A DNA stretch of 64,000 nt from Marsupella aquatica (Eukaryota; Plantae; Marchantiophyta), in assembly GCA_973895155.1 (NCBI GenBank), contig OZ316895.1, forward strand, positions 21,032,803-21,096,802, given 5' to 3'. The number at the start of each line of letters is the position of its first letter. The stretch's first letter is position 1. The translations under genes were made by a program, and so were the position numbers. Below are positions 48,773 through 63,390 of this stretch, one piece after another. The notes beneath the pieces are model-generated. The model was not told where the DNA came from and made no database searches. It was given only the letters and a program-made list of their open reading frames with translations.

Positions 48773-51700
48773 ATTTCTGCCTCTCTGGATAACTTTGTTG
48801 GATGCAAATGCAGCCGAAAGTTAAGTAACGCTTTCATTACACCATCAGGCTCAGAGAAGAATGCGAATTTTCACCAGCCGAAGCTATGTGGACGACAACG
48901 TGGGATGTAAGTGTAGCACTTGAAAGCTACGTCACAGGTATCTCATATCATCCAGCTCACTCAATTCAATGGGAATTGGGAATTTTTCAGTCCGTAGCAG
49001 TGAAGGACTACGTGGGAGTTGAGTGCAGCGATTGAAAGCTAGGTCATTGGTGTTTCCAATCGTCTACGTCATGTTGCTGTACTCCATAGCTCCAGTATTC
49101 CAGATCGACTTTGTACAGCGTGCAGATTTAGTCGTGTTTCGAACATGAATTTGCAGTCATGCTGACTTTTCCTACAGTCCATCTGTGGAATGAAAGTTGA
49201 GGATGTCTGATAACGAAGAGATTCCAGAGATTTCTCGTTTTTTGGTCAGACTCGAGTTTTACTCGCCTTCCTTCAAATGCAGCTTGATCGAGCTTGTGCA
49301 GGAATTTCTTACAGAACAACCGGCCATAAATTCTCCCTTGATGCTCTCACTTGTACTCAACTCATCGTTGCCACTTGTCGTTTGGTCTCTTTTCCGAGCT
49401 GCTGAGATTTGGATAGAGATTATGGAGACTTTATTCTCAGCGCACGGTGTAGAGTTGATCAACAGTAGCAGAGATGGACATCCCTTCAGTAAAACGAGAA
49501 TTCATGTACCTAGATACTCCAGTATGTAATTGATTCAGGACAGTTTGGTGGTCCTTCTATTAGAGGACAATGTTTATAAAGAGATCTCTTTCAGCCGACC
49601 GGCAGAAGTTGGAATGTGAGCATGGCAGCCCTCGTTCATGCAGCGGCTGGACAACGCAATAACAACAGAACAACGTTAGTGAGATGACGCAATGCAGATG
49701 AGATGCCACTGTAGAACGTAATATCTACATTGAGAAACGGTTTTGACTACCTCTTCTCCCACAAGAGAAGAAAAGAGTATGGAGGAAACATTCTGAGAAA
49801 ATTGTTATCAACCGAATTGATGCTTGCGTCTCATTTCCACTGTGCCACATTTATCGCCGCGTAGGAGTCGACTCTTATGCGATCGTTACAACTACAATAG
49901 ATGCGGCTTCCAAGACCACGCATTAACACAATCGGGTGGCTGGATAAGCCAGGATGAAGAATTAGGGAATTAGGTTCCAGCGCAGTACAAGCGAAGCTCT
50001 CGTGAGGAGTGTCGGAATCGAAAGTGCGTCAATGGTTTCTTTGGCAATAATTGAAGCCGGGGTTCTCTTTCATGTCGCACACATAATTGTTGCCGGAGTT
50101 TGCTTAAGCTTTGCGATAAGATAAGAATTTAGTGACAGCTGCTCCACATATCCTACAAATTGCAGTCGATGATATGGATCTTCGTTACAATATCGCCGCT
50201 AGGCACATGAAGAAGATATTGATTGAGAAGAAAATCAGCAAGTTGGATCATTTCGTTGTCCTCCATTCATTTTTTCCAGCAATCGAGTAGGTCGATGACT
50301 CTCGAAGAAGACCATTCACCTCTGTCAGTCAGAGTGGTTGGCGACTCTTATTATCTAAACTAATATTGAGTACGCAAGATGGAGGTCGGATAGCCTTCAC
50401 TTACATAGGTGTGGATTGTTCGCCGCGTCGTACGTGTGGCATTGTCAAATTTTCTCATCATCCACATCCTCATGAGGATATAAAAGACTTGAAATCATTG
50501 GAAGCAACGTGGGGACTTGAAAATTACGATTATGTCATCCTTTCTGCGGATTGACTTACCATATATACATCATCTGAGCTTTGGAGGACGAATAAAGCTT
50601 CGTGGGTAGTCGAATGTCGGCATAAGTTTCCACAGTCCGCATGTCGGGCTTGGAGGATTCTTTCATTGAGGTACAGAAATACGCTTACCGACGTGGCGAA
50701 CCTGGGCAACGATACCCCAAGCTCTCGTCGTCAACAGCAGCAACGACCATGGATGTTGCAATTGACGAGTTGGGGGAGGCATCTTTCAAAAGAGAGCTGG
50801 AGAGGGATCACTCGAAGAGGAGTTGCAGGAGGACTCATTCGAAACAGAGCTGGCGAAACAATCACTCGTAATCGACATTGCGATGGCCGCCGCCGACAAT
50901 CCAGGACGTTTGGAAGGTGTACGCGACGGAGCAAGGAGGTCGTCCATGGGGATTGAGAGGAGGAGAATCAGTCAAGAAGGCAATAGTGAGAGCAGTTTTT
51001 CACGAGGGTGCTACTGATGCTCATCCCTAGACAAGGACTAGCGTTTCTACAGAATGCCGTGTATGCCGGATCTCATCAAAATTGAGTTGAGTGGGGATGT
51101 CCCAGGACACGCTTCAATTCAGGGGCAGCTGGTGAGAATATATCTGGCCCAGATGTACAATTTGATAGTATTGGCCATGCGAGGGCTGCTCCAAACACTC
51201 ACTATCATTCGAGGTCGAGCAACCGTGCATTAAATTCAGTCGGCGAAACATTTGGCGAGTACTAGAGTTGGACGAGCCAATAATGTATCCGTGCAATGGA
51301 CTAGGGGTGGTATGATGGTGTGCAATCACATTCCAAATGGAACGAAGACAATCGAAGTCATCCATTTCGATCGACGATCATGCTTATTGTCCTGTAGACG
51401 TTACGGTGCGGCTGAGATTATTTTCGGAGTCCGGTGCTTGGCCAGGTCACCAACAGAAGAGAGATTCGCTCGACGTTTCCGTTTTCAATCGTCCTGTTGA
51501 GCTCTTTAAACAGCAATTGATGTAGTTGACGTCTCCTCCGCGGTGGTTTTCCGCTTCACGAACGGCCGCGACATGCCGAGGAGCAGCACAGGCTCAGCAG
51601 AGTGCGGCAAACAGAAATGGTATAGGCGCATCGCTACCGACCATCCATCACTCAGAAGTACTTTAGTACCGGACCGATAGGGCACCATCGGTCCGGCCGA

Positions 51701-54165
51701 GACCGCCCAGCTGTGGTACTTCGTCCACAAATCCCATCGATCCATCGGGCATTCGGGCGGGGCGGGGGTAAACGGCACGGAATGGAACGGAACGGAATTT
51801 GTGTAGCTTCACGTGCCCTTCGCTGTCGTGCCAGCCCGGGCCCCGGCCCCGCCACCGCGCCACCGCTCTGCAAAGTTGCACCACGGTGACAAGGATCGGA
51901 TCGGCCGCGTCGATAGGCTTAGCCTTGGACCAACAGGACAGGTTGGATTCAGCTTTGAATTTCCCTGCAAATCAGTTTCAATCTGGACGTCATCTCCAGT
52001 TGAGAAACATTTCGTTTCATTCATCAGACGCAATTCACTCTGTCTTTCTGTCCGTCTATTCATCGATGTACAACACGTCCAGAGCTCTTAATTGTGGTTC
52101 TAAGGTCTGTTAATTGACAGCTTCGATGTCGATCGCCATCAGCTGGAATTTACTGTGACGGAGTACCTGAGCGAGCGAAGAAGTCGCCATCGAGACGCAA
52201 GTTGTTCGGCCTCTTGAAAGACAGACAAGTTTGTTAGCTCGTCCAGAAAGGAGGACATCTGCTATAGACAACTGTCTGGATCGACGCGTACAGCCTGAAT
52301 TGTTTCCATCATTCTACACCGCATTTCGAAAATGATATCGAGTTCCGGTGATGCTAAGGACAACCGTGGGGCTTGGTCAGTCGGGGTATTCGATCCAATA
52401 TGTACTTAACATCCAGCTTCATGTTAGGATGGACGCGATTCGAAGAAGACCTTGAACGCTTCCTAAATTTATCTTCTGCACGGTCTAACCCCGGGGTTGG
52501 AGCTGGCGAGGCAGGACAAACTGTAGAGCTCTGTTCCGATTTAAGACGACTCTCACGAACAATAGCTGGCGAGGTCGTTTCCCGTTTGTCAATTTACAGA
52601 GTTTCAGTTTGAAATCCCACTGTCTTTGCTTCAATGTACAACAGCTGCACACCTCCTCTGACTCGATCGAGTACTATTTCAATGCATGAAGCAGGGGGGC
52701 TCGGCGTTGGGTGTAAGGAATCAACATCCAAAGCCTGTGACGGATGCTGATTTGATTCCAGTGTATGTGCCTTCGTATGAACCATACCGAGTGATTGCTC
52801 CACTTTGCTACGTTGGTACCTACAGCAGTTAGGGGACTCGAAATTGAATCCAAAGGGCGCCAAGGAAGGCGGGACAGTACAGCTGCACGGCCAAAACGAC
52901 TTAATATGGGGCTGCCTAAGAAATCATTCCTTGTAGGGTTGCTACAGACAAAGAGCGGGAGGTCTCCACGGACGACGAGCAAGAGGTCTCTGTGGAAGAA
53001 GATCAAGAAGTGGTTCTCAAGGAAATATGAATGGCTGCTGTTTGTATGGATTGTTCTGCTGGAGTTGTGCAGGATTTCATTCTAGCATGGAGAGGTCCTC
53101 CAGCAGCATCGATCGATCCTTTCCTCAACATGGCCAATAAAACAGAGCTTAGGCACATGTTGGAAGTGTAAGAGTAGTGGTTTCTGAGATTATCCTTCAG
53201 AGTACGACCCCGTCTGAACTTATGAGTAGTCCATAATTTGGACATACAAACACGATGCGAGAGCTCGATCTGAAGAACGAGAAAAGTTTGCTCAATCAAA
53301 GGTACCGGCAAATTGTGCTCATCTGCTGGATTGGCACTCACTAATTCTATTGATTTCCGATACTGTCGAAGTTCGGGCCAACCGGGCGAAAATCGATGCA
53401 AGTCTTAAACCTCGCAGTTGGATCCGAGTATTCCCCATAATTGTACGTAGGCTATTTGGAGGATCTACAGATGAGCCGCGCTCGTCAGTTCCTAAGGATT
53501 CAAACAAACTGTTGAAACCAATACTTAGGCTCTACTATTGGTGATTGTCTATCCTAGCCTCCAATTCAAGGAGATCCTGATTGAGGACATGGATTATAGG
53601 TGTACTTACCGCACTCGGCAGTATAGCAGCTGTTTTCTTGAAGGTTCTTTTCTTGAGAACTGTCTCCAGTGAAAGGAATGCAGTATATTTGTTCCTAAAA
53701 ATGTCCTTCGTGTTGCAGCAGTAGTTCGTGTGGCTTACTGTATTTTTGCGTAAGATTCTATTTGGACCCGCCTGATTCAATGACATTTGGATTATCCCCT
53801 GGACTGAAGACCGAGTGCTTCTTTCGGACGTCCATAAACTGCCCGACAATTGACGTAAATTTCTCAAAGTTCATGATCTACTCCTTCCTGAAACAATTCT
53901 TGTAGCCACGCCGTTGCGTATCGTGCGCATGACGTGATCGCCGAAGTCATACGACCAGTCGAAGGAAGGCCGGAAGGTGGCTGGTGGTATCGGCTGTACT
54001 CCTTTCGTACAAACTGCTGAATTGAAGCAGCTGGTTGTTACTATGCAATCCCGAGTGCCCCGCAAGCTCTAACCTACAGTACTTCTACAACGGCTAATCT
54101 GAGTCCTGCTAACCGCATGCGCGCATCAATTCAGCACAATGTACGTACCAGAGGCCGATTACTGT

Positions 54166-54253
54166 GCCAGGCCGATCAACAATAATAGTGAAGCTAAAGT
54201 TACGGACCAGCCAGGCAGATCAACAATAATAGTGAAGCTGAAGTTACGGACCA
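54166..54253. repeat. 44-bp tandem duplication
   Basis: gccaggc(c/a)gatcaacaataatagtgaagct(a/g)aagttacggacca occurs twice. Confidence 0.9.
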
Positions 54254-56802
54254 AGATCTCACGTTAAGGTCCGAAGTCCGAATATTCGCAAGCATGGTGT
54301 TGCTTTATCGCTGGTTCCTTGTGTGTATATATATCATCACGCTTGATAGAGCTCCTCGTTGTCATAGCCATCATTCGGTCAGTTCAACTTCTTGCGATGT
54401 CGGTCGCGTTCCGGGAGCGTGTAGGTGTGTCGTTTGTTGTAGTTTGAATTCATCCAACGAAATCCTTTTGAAACACGATGTATTTCCACAGGCGTTAAAT
54501 TGACGAAGACCATTGAGCAATGAGCTAGTACAGTACGCAGCACTAATGCTGACGTTAACTACGTATTGTATGGACAGCATAGTCGGTAGAATGCTAGAAC
54601 AGCTACCCTTGATAGCAATACTCTTGAGGGTGACTATTATTACACAAACAGCCATAGTAGGTAGAATACTAGAAAAAAGCTTTAGCTGCTACAATCATCC
54701 ACCTCGGCCGCAGGAAACAATTTGCCTTGTAGCAGCCATGCGAACATCTGCCTAGCTCGCTCGCTCAGTGTATGTGACAGAGAAACAGGCTGAACCCTTA
54801 GCATGCGAATGCCAGTAGATTGCCGTCTCAGGGTAGGTGACGACAGATAGGTGTCTCAACTACAGGCAGGTGATATATTGCTATGAATTCAATACAGAGG
54901 ATTCTGTCGAAGTTACTAGCCGCATTTTCTGATGTATGTCTAGCAGCACGCTATAGGATTTGAAGTCAAGATATATGTTTGAGCTTCAATTTCTAGGGTC
55001 ACCATACATGAGCAGTGCCGACCAGTAACTTCTTTTTGAGAATGCTTAAGATCTGTGTCCTGATTCGATGAATGCCTAGCTGTGGTGATCGAGCATTGCG
55101 AGATCAAAATTGATCTGTAGTTTCAGACGGGCGAGGCGCCCTTAGAGGGCCATGCATGTCACTAGTACGACTCGAAAATATATCGAGCTAAAGGTATATG
55201 GAAGGTGCAATTTCTGTGGTGCTAAATTTGTCCGAAGCATTATTAACCGAAGCAAAAGTATTTCAGTTCCATGTCCAGCTGCTAGGTAGTACCCTCTTGC
55301 ACTATCTTGTGAGCTCAAAAGTGGTTTAATGCTTGGAAGCGATTTCAGGGTCAGTCGCTCAGTAGTAAGCCATGCCTGTCGGCGTTAAATAATCCTATTA
55401 CGGGTATATGATCAATGCAAATCACAACGGACTCATCAACTACTTCTGCAGCATTTGCGGTACTCGTGCGATGGGATATGTTAAATGCATCCAAGCATGC
55501 AAGAAGTTGGACTCTTGTACAGACGACAAAGTCTTTCGCCTCCGAAAGTGACAGTCACCTTTGACAGCTCAAATGGACTGTTGCTATGATCTCAAATCTC
55601 CGTGCCTCTCAGAGATGAGTTGTCGACGACTAGCGGAGTGAGCGTCGCCGAGCGCTGAAAGGATTTTTGAGCTCGCTTCTATATCTTTTAATGCCTTGGC
55701 GTTGTGTGAATTACAATTGCTCTTTCAATCAGGATAGTTATGTACTGTACGTTTCCGGAGATTGAAGTTGAGCGAGGTTTGGCCGGAGAAGGTGCTGCAT
55801 CGGACTGAAAGCTAGGCTGAGTGCGCTTATTGACGCTGGATCGGCCCTTCTTCATGGTAGCTGCGTAGACAACGACGTTTTTCAGGAGTGCTTGTCATTC
55901 AATTTCACGTGCCAAAGTTCTCCTCTTCAGTATGGACATTGATTGGAGGCGCACCACTAGTTTTTCAAATCTAGAGATTTCGGGTCAAAATTCAGCTAAT
56001 GTTTGTACAGTTTTCCGATGACCACCTAGTGATGTGATTCAACACGTTATGAAACAGTTCTTTCGATCCCAATGTGATTTAAGAGGTCGGGCCTGTGCTT
56101 GATTCGCGCCTATGCACCCTACTACGCGTGACTTCGAGATCGACGCAACTGATATGTCACCTGGGAGACTTGTGAGAACAAACCGGATGGCGACGGAGGG
56201 CGTGACATTCGAACAGCTGCAGCTGATCACTCGGCGTCTAGGCCAGCCAGAGGACTATTTCATACCGTTCCTCGAGCCGCATGCAGCACGGTGGAGACAT
56301 TCGACTTAGCTACAGAAATGGGACCTTCTATTTGGCTGGATACTGGGATACAGTGCAGTGACACAAAAGCATGGAATTGGACATCAGGAACAATTCTTGT
56401 CCTCGAACGATAAAACCGTAAGTTCTTTCTGTTTCAAGAACCCCGGGGGCGTTCACTTCAATTCAACACGGGCGAGGCTTTATACATTACTCATAGGTAC
56501 GTTCCATGAGCGTTGATGATGTTGCAGATCGAATCCGTGCAGAAAGACCGTTTAATTTGTGAATTCCTGAATTATTTCTAGCGAGAATTATCTTAGATGT
56601 ATTATGAGTGATGTTGTTACTTACAGGACTGGTCGGGACCTGAATTCCATCGCCCGATCCTCAGGCACACTTCGTTGGAAGTTTATGCCTAGATCATTAT
56701 CAGCAGTTCGGACTATGACAAAGTTGTTTTGGTTTTGATGTTTCTTTTTGACGCTGCACCTGTACAGCATTTGAATGGAAATTCGAGGTTGAATGACGAG
56801 AA

Positions 56803-59531
56803 ATGATGGAGGGCCCTATCCAGCAAAGTGATTCTTTACCCGTTCACTCGACAAGAAGCGAAGATGGAGAAGAACCTCATCCTCAATTGGTTGAGGTGGG
56901 ACCAGTTCAGCAGAATGGTGCGTGCTTAAAATCCAATGTAGGGCTGCATCATATCTTGAAGGACTTAAAATGGAGTTCAAGTCTCGATGAAAGGCGACAC
57001 CAAGATCAGGGAAATGATTTGATTATCAAGCAACCACAGCTCTCTTGGCTTCAGCAGTATGTCACTTTCTACCGGCTTCACATGGCCTATTTTCTTGTGT
57101 TGGGAGGTCTGGGAGCGCTTGGAATTTACGTTCTCCCTTTGTCTGATTCGAGCCGATTAAGCTTTGTGGATGCCATTTACACATCGTTCTCAGCAATGTG
57201 CGGTACAGGATTTCAAACCGTGAGGTCGCAAGACCTCACATGGAGCCATAACTTTGTCATTTTGATATTGATGAACTTGGGAGCACCAGTGCTTGTCTCC
57301 CTATTACCTCTGTATGTTCGGAGGTTCTACTTCCACCTGTGCGTCAAACAAATAAACCAAGGACGTTGCAGCAAGCTTCAAGGCAAACATGTGCATCTGA
57401 CTAAGACTGTAAAACTTGAGCTCACTTCTGATGGGGACCTAGTTGAACAAGAGGTAGGACAAAAGGAACTCTCGTCATCTTCCTTTGATGGGCATTCTGA
57501 AGGTAGTACTAAAACGTTTCCCGTCGAGGTTGATCGTAGAAATGTGGAGGATGTCGAAGATGATCAGAAGCATAACATTCATATAGAACATGACGATGAG
57601 AACTGGGGGATATTGGTGGATGCTGAGCAAGCGTTGAGAACATTGGAATACAGAGCCCTTATGACGTTATCGCGGTTGGTCATTTGTTTCTTCTTTGGGG
57701 CTCAGATCATAGGTTTCCTATTGGGGGCCATTTATTTCTTTGGGTCTCCAGGTGACGCCAACACTGCAAAAACGATGGACATAAATCCAACAATCTTTGC
57801 GTTTTTCACTGCGGTCTCCACATTCACAAACGGAGGCTACAACATAAACAATGATGGAATGTTGCCTTTCCAAAAGTCTAGCTTTCTTTTGATCTTATAT
57901 ACTGTTTTGGCATCACTTGGGAACACAATGTACGCTCCATTCTTGCGACTTTTGGTCTGGATTGGCTATCATTCGGTTGGGGAGAAAAGTAAGGTAGTTT
58001 ACAAGTACCTGCTTCGCCATCCACGAAGATGTTTTACCAACTTGTTTCCAAGGTCTCACACAGTCTGGCTAGTTTTCATCTTCATTGCCTGCACCAGCAT
58101 CCAACTGATCTTCTTATGCACATTGGAGTGGGATCAAGCCTTGGGTGGCATGACCACACTTGACAAACTGATTGCAGGAGTCTATCAGACAGTAGGTACT
58201 CGAAATGCAGGTGGGAATGTCATCAACCTCTATCGAATTGCACCTGCAATATTATTTGTCTTTGTAGTCATGATGTAAGTACAACTTGATACCCTTGGAT
58301 TGTTTTGTCATCCTGTTGTTCTTTATATTTGCTCTTTATCTCGTCACTCCGAGCAATATAATGTGGTTTCAGTGGCAATTGCTTCATGCGGTTACCTTTA
58401 AGTAACTAACAGGTTCTTAGTGGTGTTGTTATCGACTGCAGGTACATATCAGCTTACCCAAATTTCTTGTCGCTACAGACAAGTGAGGATAACTATGATG
58501 ATACAGAACTCTCAGCGCCATCTACCTACAAGGAGAAGATGTATCCCAGCCAATGGCGAAACATTGTGGTTATACAATCCAGGAGACTCCTTGCAAGGGA
58601 CACCAGCTATTTATTCTTTGCAATTCTCTTTTTGTGTCTATCAGAGAACGCAAGGATCAAAAGGGACCCATTGAACTTCTCTATTTTTAACATTGTCTTT
58701 GAAGTAATCAGGTTAGCAATAATGAGCCTTCTTCTCTCTCGATGGATTTCTAATACAAATGGCACTCATGTGTTGGCAACAAAAATCAGAAGTTTTCTTC
58801 ATTTGTCTGTACTCTCTTTGCTTTTGGTCTCTATCATTTAGGTTGGGTGGATGTTTTACCATGCTGAGATTGCAAAATAGGTATCGTTTGTGTGAGATTC
58901 GTTGAAGATCTCAATGATGCAGATTCTAAATGATGGCCGGGGCTTAGATTAAATTTATGCGATTACTGAGTTCAACAAAACGTATGTGAAGGGTAAGGGA
59001 GAAATCTACAAGATGGGCAAGACAATTTCCATGACTTCATGCAACTGAAAGGAACTTGGACCAGTGCTTAATTGATCGACCACATCAGAGCGTTTTCTAA
59101 CAAGTATCTTGATCTTGGTTCCTTGCAGTGCATATGGCAGCATTGGGTTATCAATTGGCTACCATTGTGATCTAGAGATTGACAAGACCAGTCCCTGTGA
59201 GAAAGTGCCTTACAGCTTCTCCGGTACTTGGACCTCTACAGGGAAGTTGATTGTGGTTGTAATTATGTTCTTAGGCCGGCACCGAGGTCTGCCTGATAAT
59301 ATCGACTCTGCCATTCAGTTACCTGCAACTAAGCCTGCAGCACCAACTCAGCCACAAACACCACGGAGGTCCTTTCTTGGCTTCTCCTTCTCCAATGCGT
59401 TCTCTATCGATTCACTTCCTAGGTCCCCATGTACACTATCCTCAATAACTTCAATTTTAGACTATCGCCATCTTAGATTTGCAATCTTGTATTACAGAAT
59501 GTTTTTCCGAGATCAAAACCTTGCAGTGTAG
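56803..59531 (+). CDS. HKT: Trk/HKT-family Na+/K+ transporter, 3 exons (56803-58274, 58442-58711, 59129-59531)
   Basis: Four MPM repeats with pore loops SAMCGTGFQT, STFTNGGYN, GTRNAGGN and SAYGSIGLSIGY; DPLNFSIFNIVFEVISAYG; two 3' introns at MM|Y and I|S as typical for plant HKTs. Confidence 0.95.
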
Positions 59532-62128
59532 TAGCCAGTGCACTTCTTGTATCACCTGGCTCGGTTCAATTCGTAGCGTTTATGTTAGAGTTACTTTCCA
59601 TTTGATGCTTCTTTTTCCTTTGGAAGCAGAAAATCCGCAGAGCCCTTGATTTCAGATTCTATGTGTTCTCGTTGTATGAGGGGACATTTATGTGAAGTCC
59701 TAGAAACAAACTTTTGCATCCCACTCCAATACTTGGATATCCCTCCTGCGAGATCCCATTTACAACTTTTCCATGGTCACTTTTGTCTCGTAGTTTACTA
59801 ACCGGGGATCCTCATGCAAGAATTCTTGAGTTTTTTCATTGTCATGTATCTCATACGAAATATGCTGTTTGCTGGAGCCCACAATCAACTGTTGTATGGA
59901 CTGATGCATATATTCATTGCTAATATAGCCTACAATTCACCAGCTGGAGGAAACCCAAGTGCAGGAAGGGGAAAATGAGAATAAGCACGTGCTAAGTGAT
60001 AGTTTGCAATGACGAAGAATCGCTTCTGCAAGCACTCTCGTTGCTCAGTTCATTTAAAACTCAAAAACCCAAAAGTATTAATGGAAATGGGGACTTTGCC
60101 CAAGATAACTAAGCTCTTCATATTTGCGCTTTTCCTGCTGGATTTCGGTGCTCTTTGACCTCTATTTATCGTATGAAAGCTCATGGTCGTAGACCACAGT
60201 TCTGGCAGAAGGTGCGAGGAGTACATGACAGAGGCTGCGCTCACAATGCCCACACAACTCCAGCAACTAGCCCAGAGGCTCTCCCCGGACTTCATGAGGC
60301 AGTGGAATGACATTGAATGTGTTAGTGAGCTTGGGAAAAGAGTAGAAAGTTCGGTAATTCGAGAAACTCTGAACAGTACCCACATCTAGTGCTCTGGTCC
60401 CGAATCAATTTGTTGACATTCTTGGAAAAAGACCAATTGTTAAAGATGACAATGAGGTCTGCACCAAATGGAGTAGAGTGGACTTCAAGAGCTGCAGAGA
60501 TTAACTTGGACACGAGTCATTCTCGTAGTGTACACTCTAGTGACAAAAAATAGCTAATGATTTGGAGCTGATCAATTCCAATTCAATATTATCTGATATC
60601 AAATTGTTGTATGGCGCTTCTGTATGTCTGATTCATTCGATGTTCAACTTCAAGAGAGAGACAACCTGCAAACGAGAGACACATTTCCGATTCTTGCATA
60701 CATTTTCTTCATGTGATGGATGAGTGACCAACTTCAACAACGTGGTACAGCTCGTGCTTGGGGGCCCAGCGTAGGTGCAACAAAGTGACATGCAAATCGT
60801 CCAAGAATTGCCTCATGTGAGAGTTGGGGTGGCTTTACAAGAACTTGGGACCACAAATGGTCACCGGTCACCCATTGCAAACGTAAGGTCCATTTCATAT
60901 CTAAAGTTGGAATGCTTGAGCCCAAATGTGTAGGTTGGAGAAAATAAATGCAAGAGCCTGAATGGAATAGAAAATGAAAAAGCATGGCCACATCAGCAAA
61001 GCACCCTTGAGGTCCATTCTTTAGACCACCTCAAGAGGTGGTGCATGTTTTTGATTAAAAAATGGCCACATAGGCAAAACACCCTTGGCCATTGGTTAGC
61101 CGACCCAAGAGGTGGTCTAAGTTTTTGATATAAGGGCCAGGCCACATCAGCAAAACAGGGTCCACTGGTAGGTGACTAGGGTCAGTGGTATTGCCAGATT
61201 GTGCCCCCAAGTTCATGTAGAGTGAGGTCTGGTCAGTTCCCACACTTGAATGGGTAACATTGCATCTCACCCCAAAGAAAAAAAAGTGTCTGGACTTTTA
61301 GTTGTTGTAAAGCCCCCCTTGTAAAGACTCCCTTATGCACATTCCAGTCACTGAAAATGTGAGACTCTTGTGTTAGGGTACCTTTTGCCATGTTCCCCAC
61401 AATGGGGAGACAGAAGAAGGGACACATTCATCGCTCTTCTAGAATGTTGGAACCAAAAACATCTACTCTAGTACATTTTGCATCACAATCACAAACATAA
61501 GTTTATTCTCTTTCTTCCACAGTAATTTCTAGAGTGCTTCATCAGTCTAGGGAGAGTTGTCTCTATATGGCAAAGTAACCAGCACATGGTACAGGGTGAG
61601 TTACTTTTAGGCCTCCAGTCAAGTACTCGGGGCAGCAAGTACACTATGAAATTTGTTTTTTGCCTTCCCATAGTGCTCTGGGCTAAGTCACCAAGAGGAC
61701 CAGAGCCAAACCGCCCACACTCTGGGTGAAAGAGTGCAGGCGGGAGCACCATTGCAGAGCAGGAGTGAAGGGAAAGGTGAGGACTACAGAGTAGCAACCA
61801 TTGATTGAGCATGAGGATAAAATGTCCAAGAGAGGACAAACATGTGCACTGGGGAACAAGCTCTACGGCAAGAAGGTGTTACCAGGGTTTGACATATTTA
61901 ACCCACCCTGTTTTTATCTCACTACCAGTTCTTTGAGTTAAGACACTAGCCTGAGTACCCGTTCCTTGAATGTAAATACATATAAGACCAAAAAAGCCTT
62001 GACAGAAAAAGGCCTTGCAAAAGAATCTATGCTGGTTCCCTTTATCTTTGCCCCCATCTCTGTTTTTGGTATGCCCTCCACTTTCGATAATGTCCTTATT
62101 AGTTTTGTCTTTATCTTACTGTCAAGAG

Positions 62129-62350
62129 GCGTCACTCTAGAAATCTAGACCCCACCTCTAGCTTTTGTTTGCAATTAGATTCATAGCTTGCATTTGCGAT
62201 AACTCACTAACCATGCTCATCCATTTTCTCACCATCTCCGCGTCACTCTAGAAATCTAGACCCCACCTCTAGCTTTTGTTTGCAATTAGATTCATAGCTT
62301 GCATTTGCAATAACTCACTAACCATGCTCACCCATTTTCTCACCATCTCC
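62129..62350. repeat. 111-bp near-perfect tandem duplication
   Basis: gcgtcactctagaaatctagacccc...caccatctcc occurs twice with about 2 mismatches. Confidence 0.92.
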
Positions 62351-63390
62351 AGTTATGAAAACCTCTAAATTGCCCTACCATTTTGATCCATTTCATAAAG
62401 CTTGATAGTAAAACAATGATTTTTTAAAAGACCCTCATGAGAACTGTTTTACAAATTCCCTGGCTCCACATGCAGGATGTCAGCATTTTTTGTCACAACC
62501 AAGGACATCTAAGTTTGTGGCAATACACAAACAGGACAGTGTGTGTTTGACTCAAGGCTGGCAAAAATGGTTAGATCATGAACCATAAGAACTGCCTGTA
62601 ACAACAAAAAACATGGTTGAAAAAACAACCACATAAAAAATCATCACATCTTTTAGATCAATGGGTGAGATTAGATATTGATGATTACAGATCACAATCC
62701 CGATCACAATGTGCGCATTGAACTGATGGTACTTTAGTTGTCAAGTGTGCTTTTTGAGTTTTCATGGACGGTGGTGTTTCTATGTTACTAGGGTATGCTA
62801 TGATACTAATTTGCATCAAAATAAATTTTCAGCCATAACTTTCTTGTCTAAATTCTGATTGGGCCCAGGGCTGGGCATAAATTGTTGATGCTGTTGCCTA
62901 GCTTGGGGACTTATTCACCATAAAGTTGAAAGTAAAATGGATTTCCCAAGTTTAGTACAATCAGATGAAAGAGAAGGGAAAAAAAAAGTAAAAGGAGGGA
63001 GGGGGAGGGGGGGGGGGGGGGTCGGGGCAAAAAAATGAAATAAAATGCTGCTACTTGACATAAAACAATTTGGAGGATTCAGTTTGTATCCACACAGAAC
63101 TAATACTGAATCATTAGTGAAAAACTGCACCTAGGAGGCAATTAGTTTGCAAGCAACTATTTTCTGCAACTTACTGACACAACTATGACTTAGTGCAAAA
63201 TGTCAATGGCTCTCGACAGTTTTGAATTGGGCCACCATGGATTGCTAGACAACTTCATTGCATATGAGCTGCTTCCCCATCCCCAAGCTCTCCCATGATC
63301 AGGCCCAATCACGGGATGCTATTGGCACCATCAATAGTCTCAGATGTAACCCCCTCGAAAGTTGGGTTTCTTGGCCTCCCCTGCGTGCTA

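Noticed and set aside
52600-56310. Numerous 60-130-aa ORFs upstream of HKT, and similar ones at 19766-20334 and 60050-61840
   Set aside because: No recognisable domains or consistent splice chain; treated as intergenic or decayed sequence.
62990-63030. Long G-run with G-quadruplex potential
   Set aside because: A simple homopolymer with no associated feature, and its length is unreliable in assemblies.
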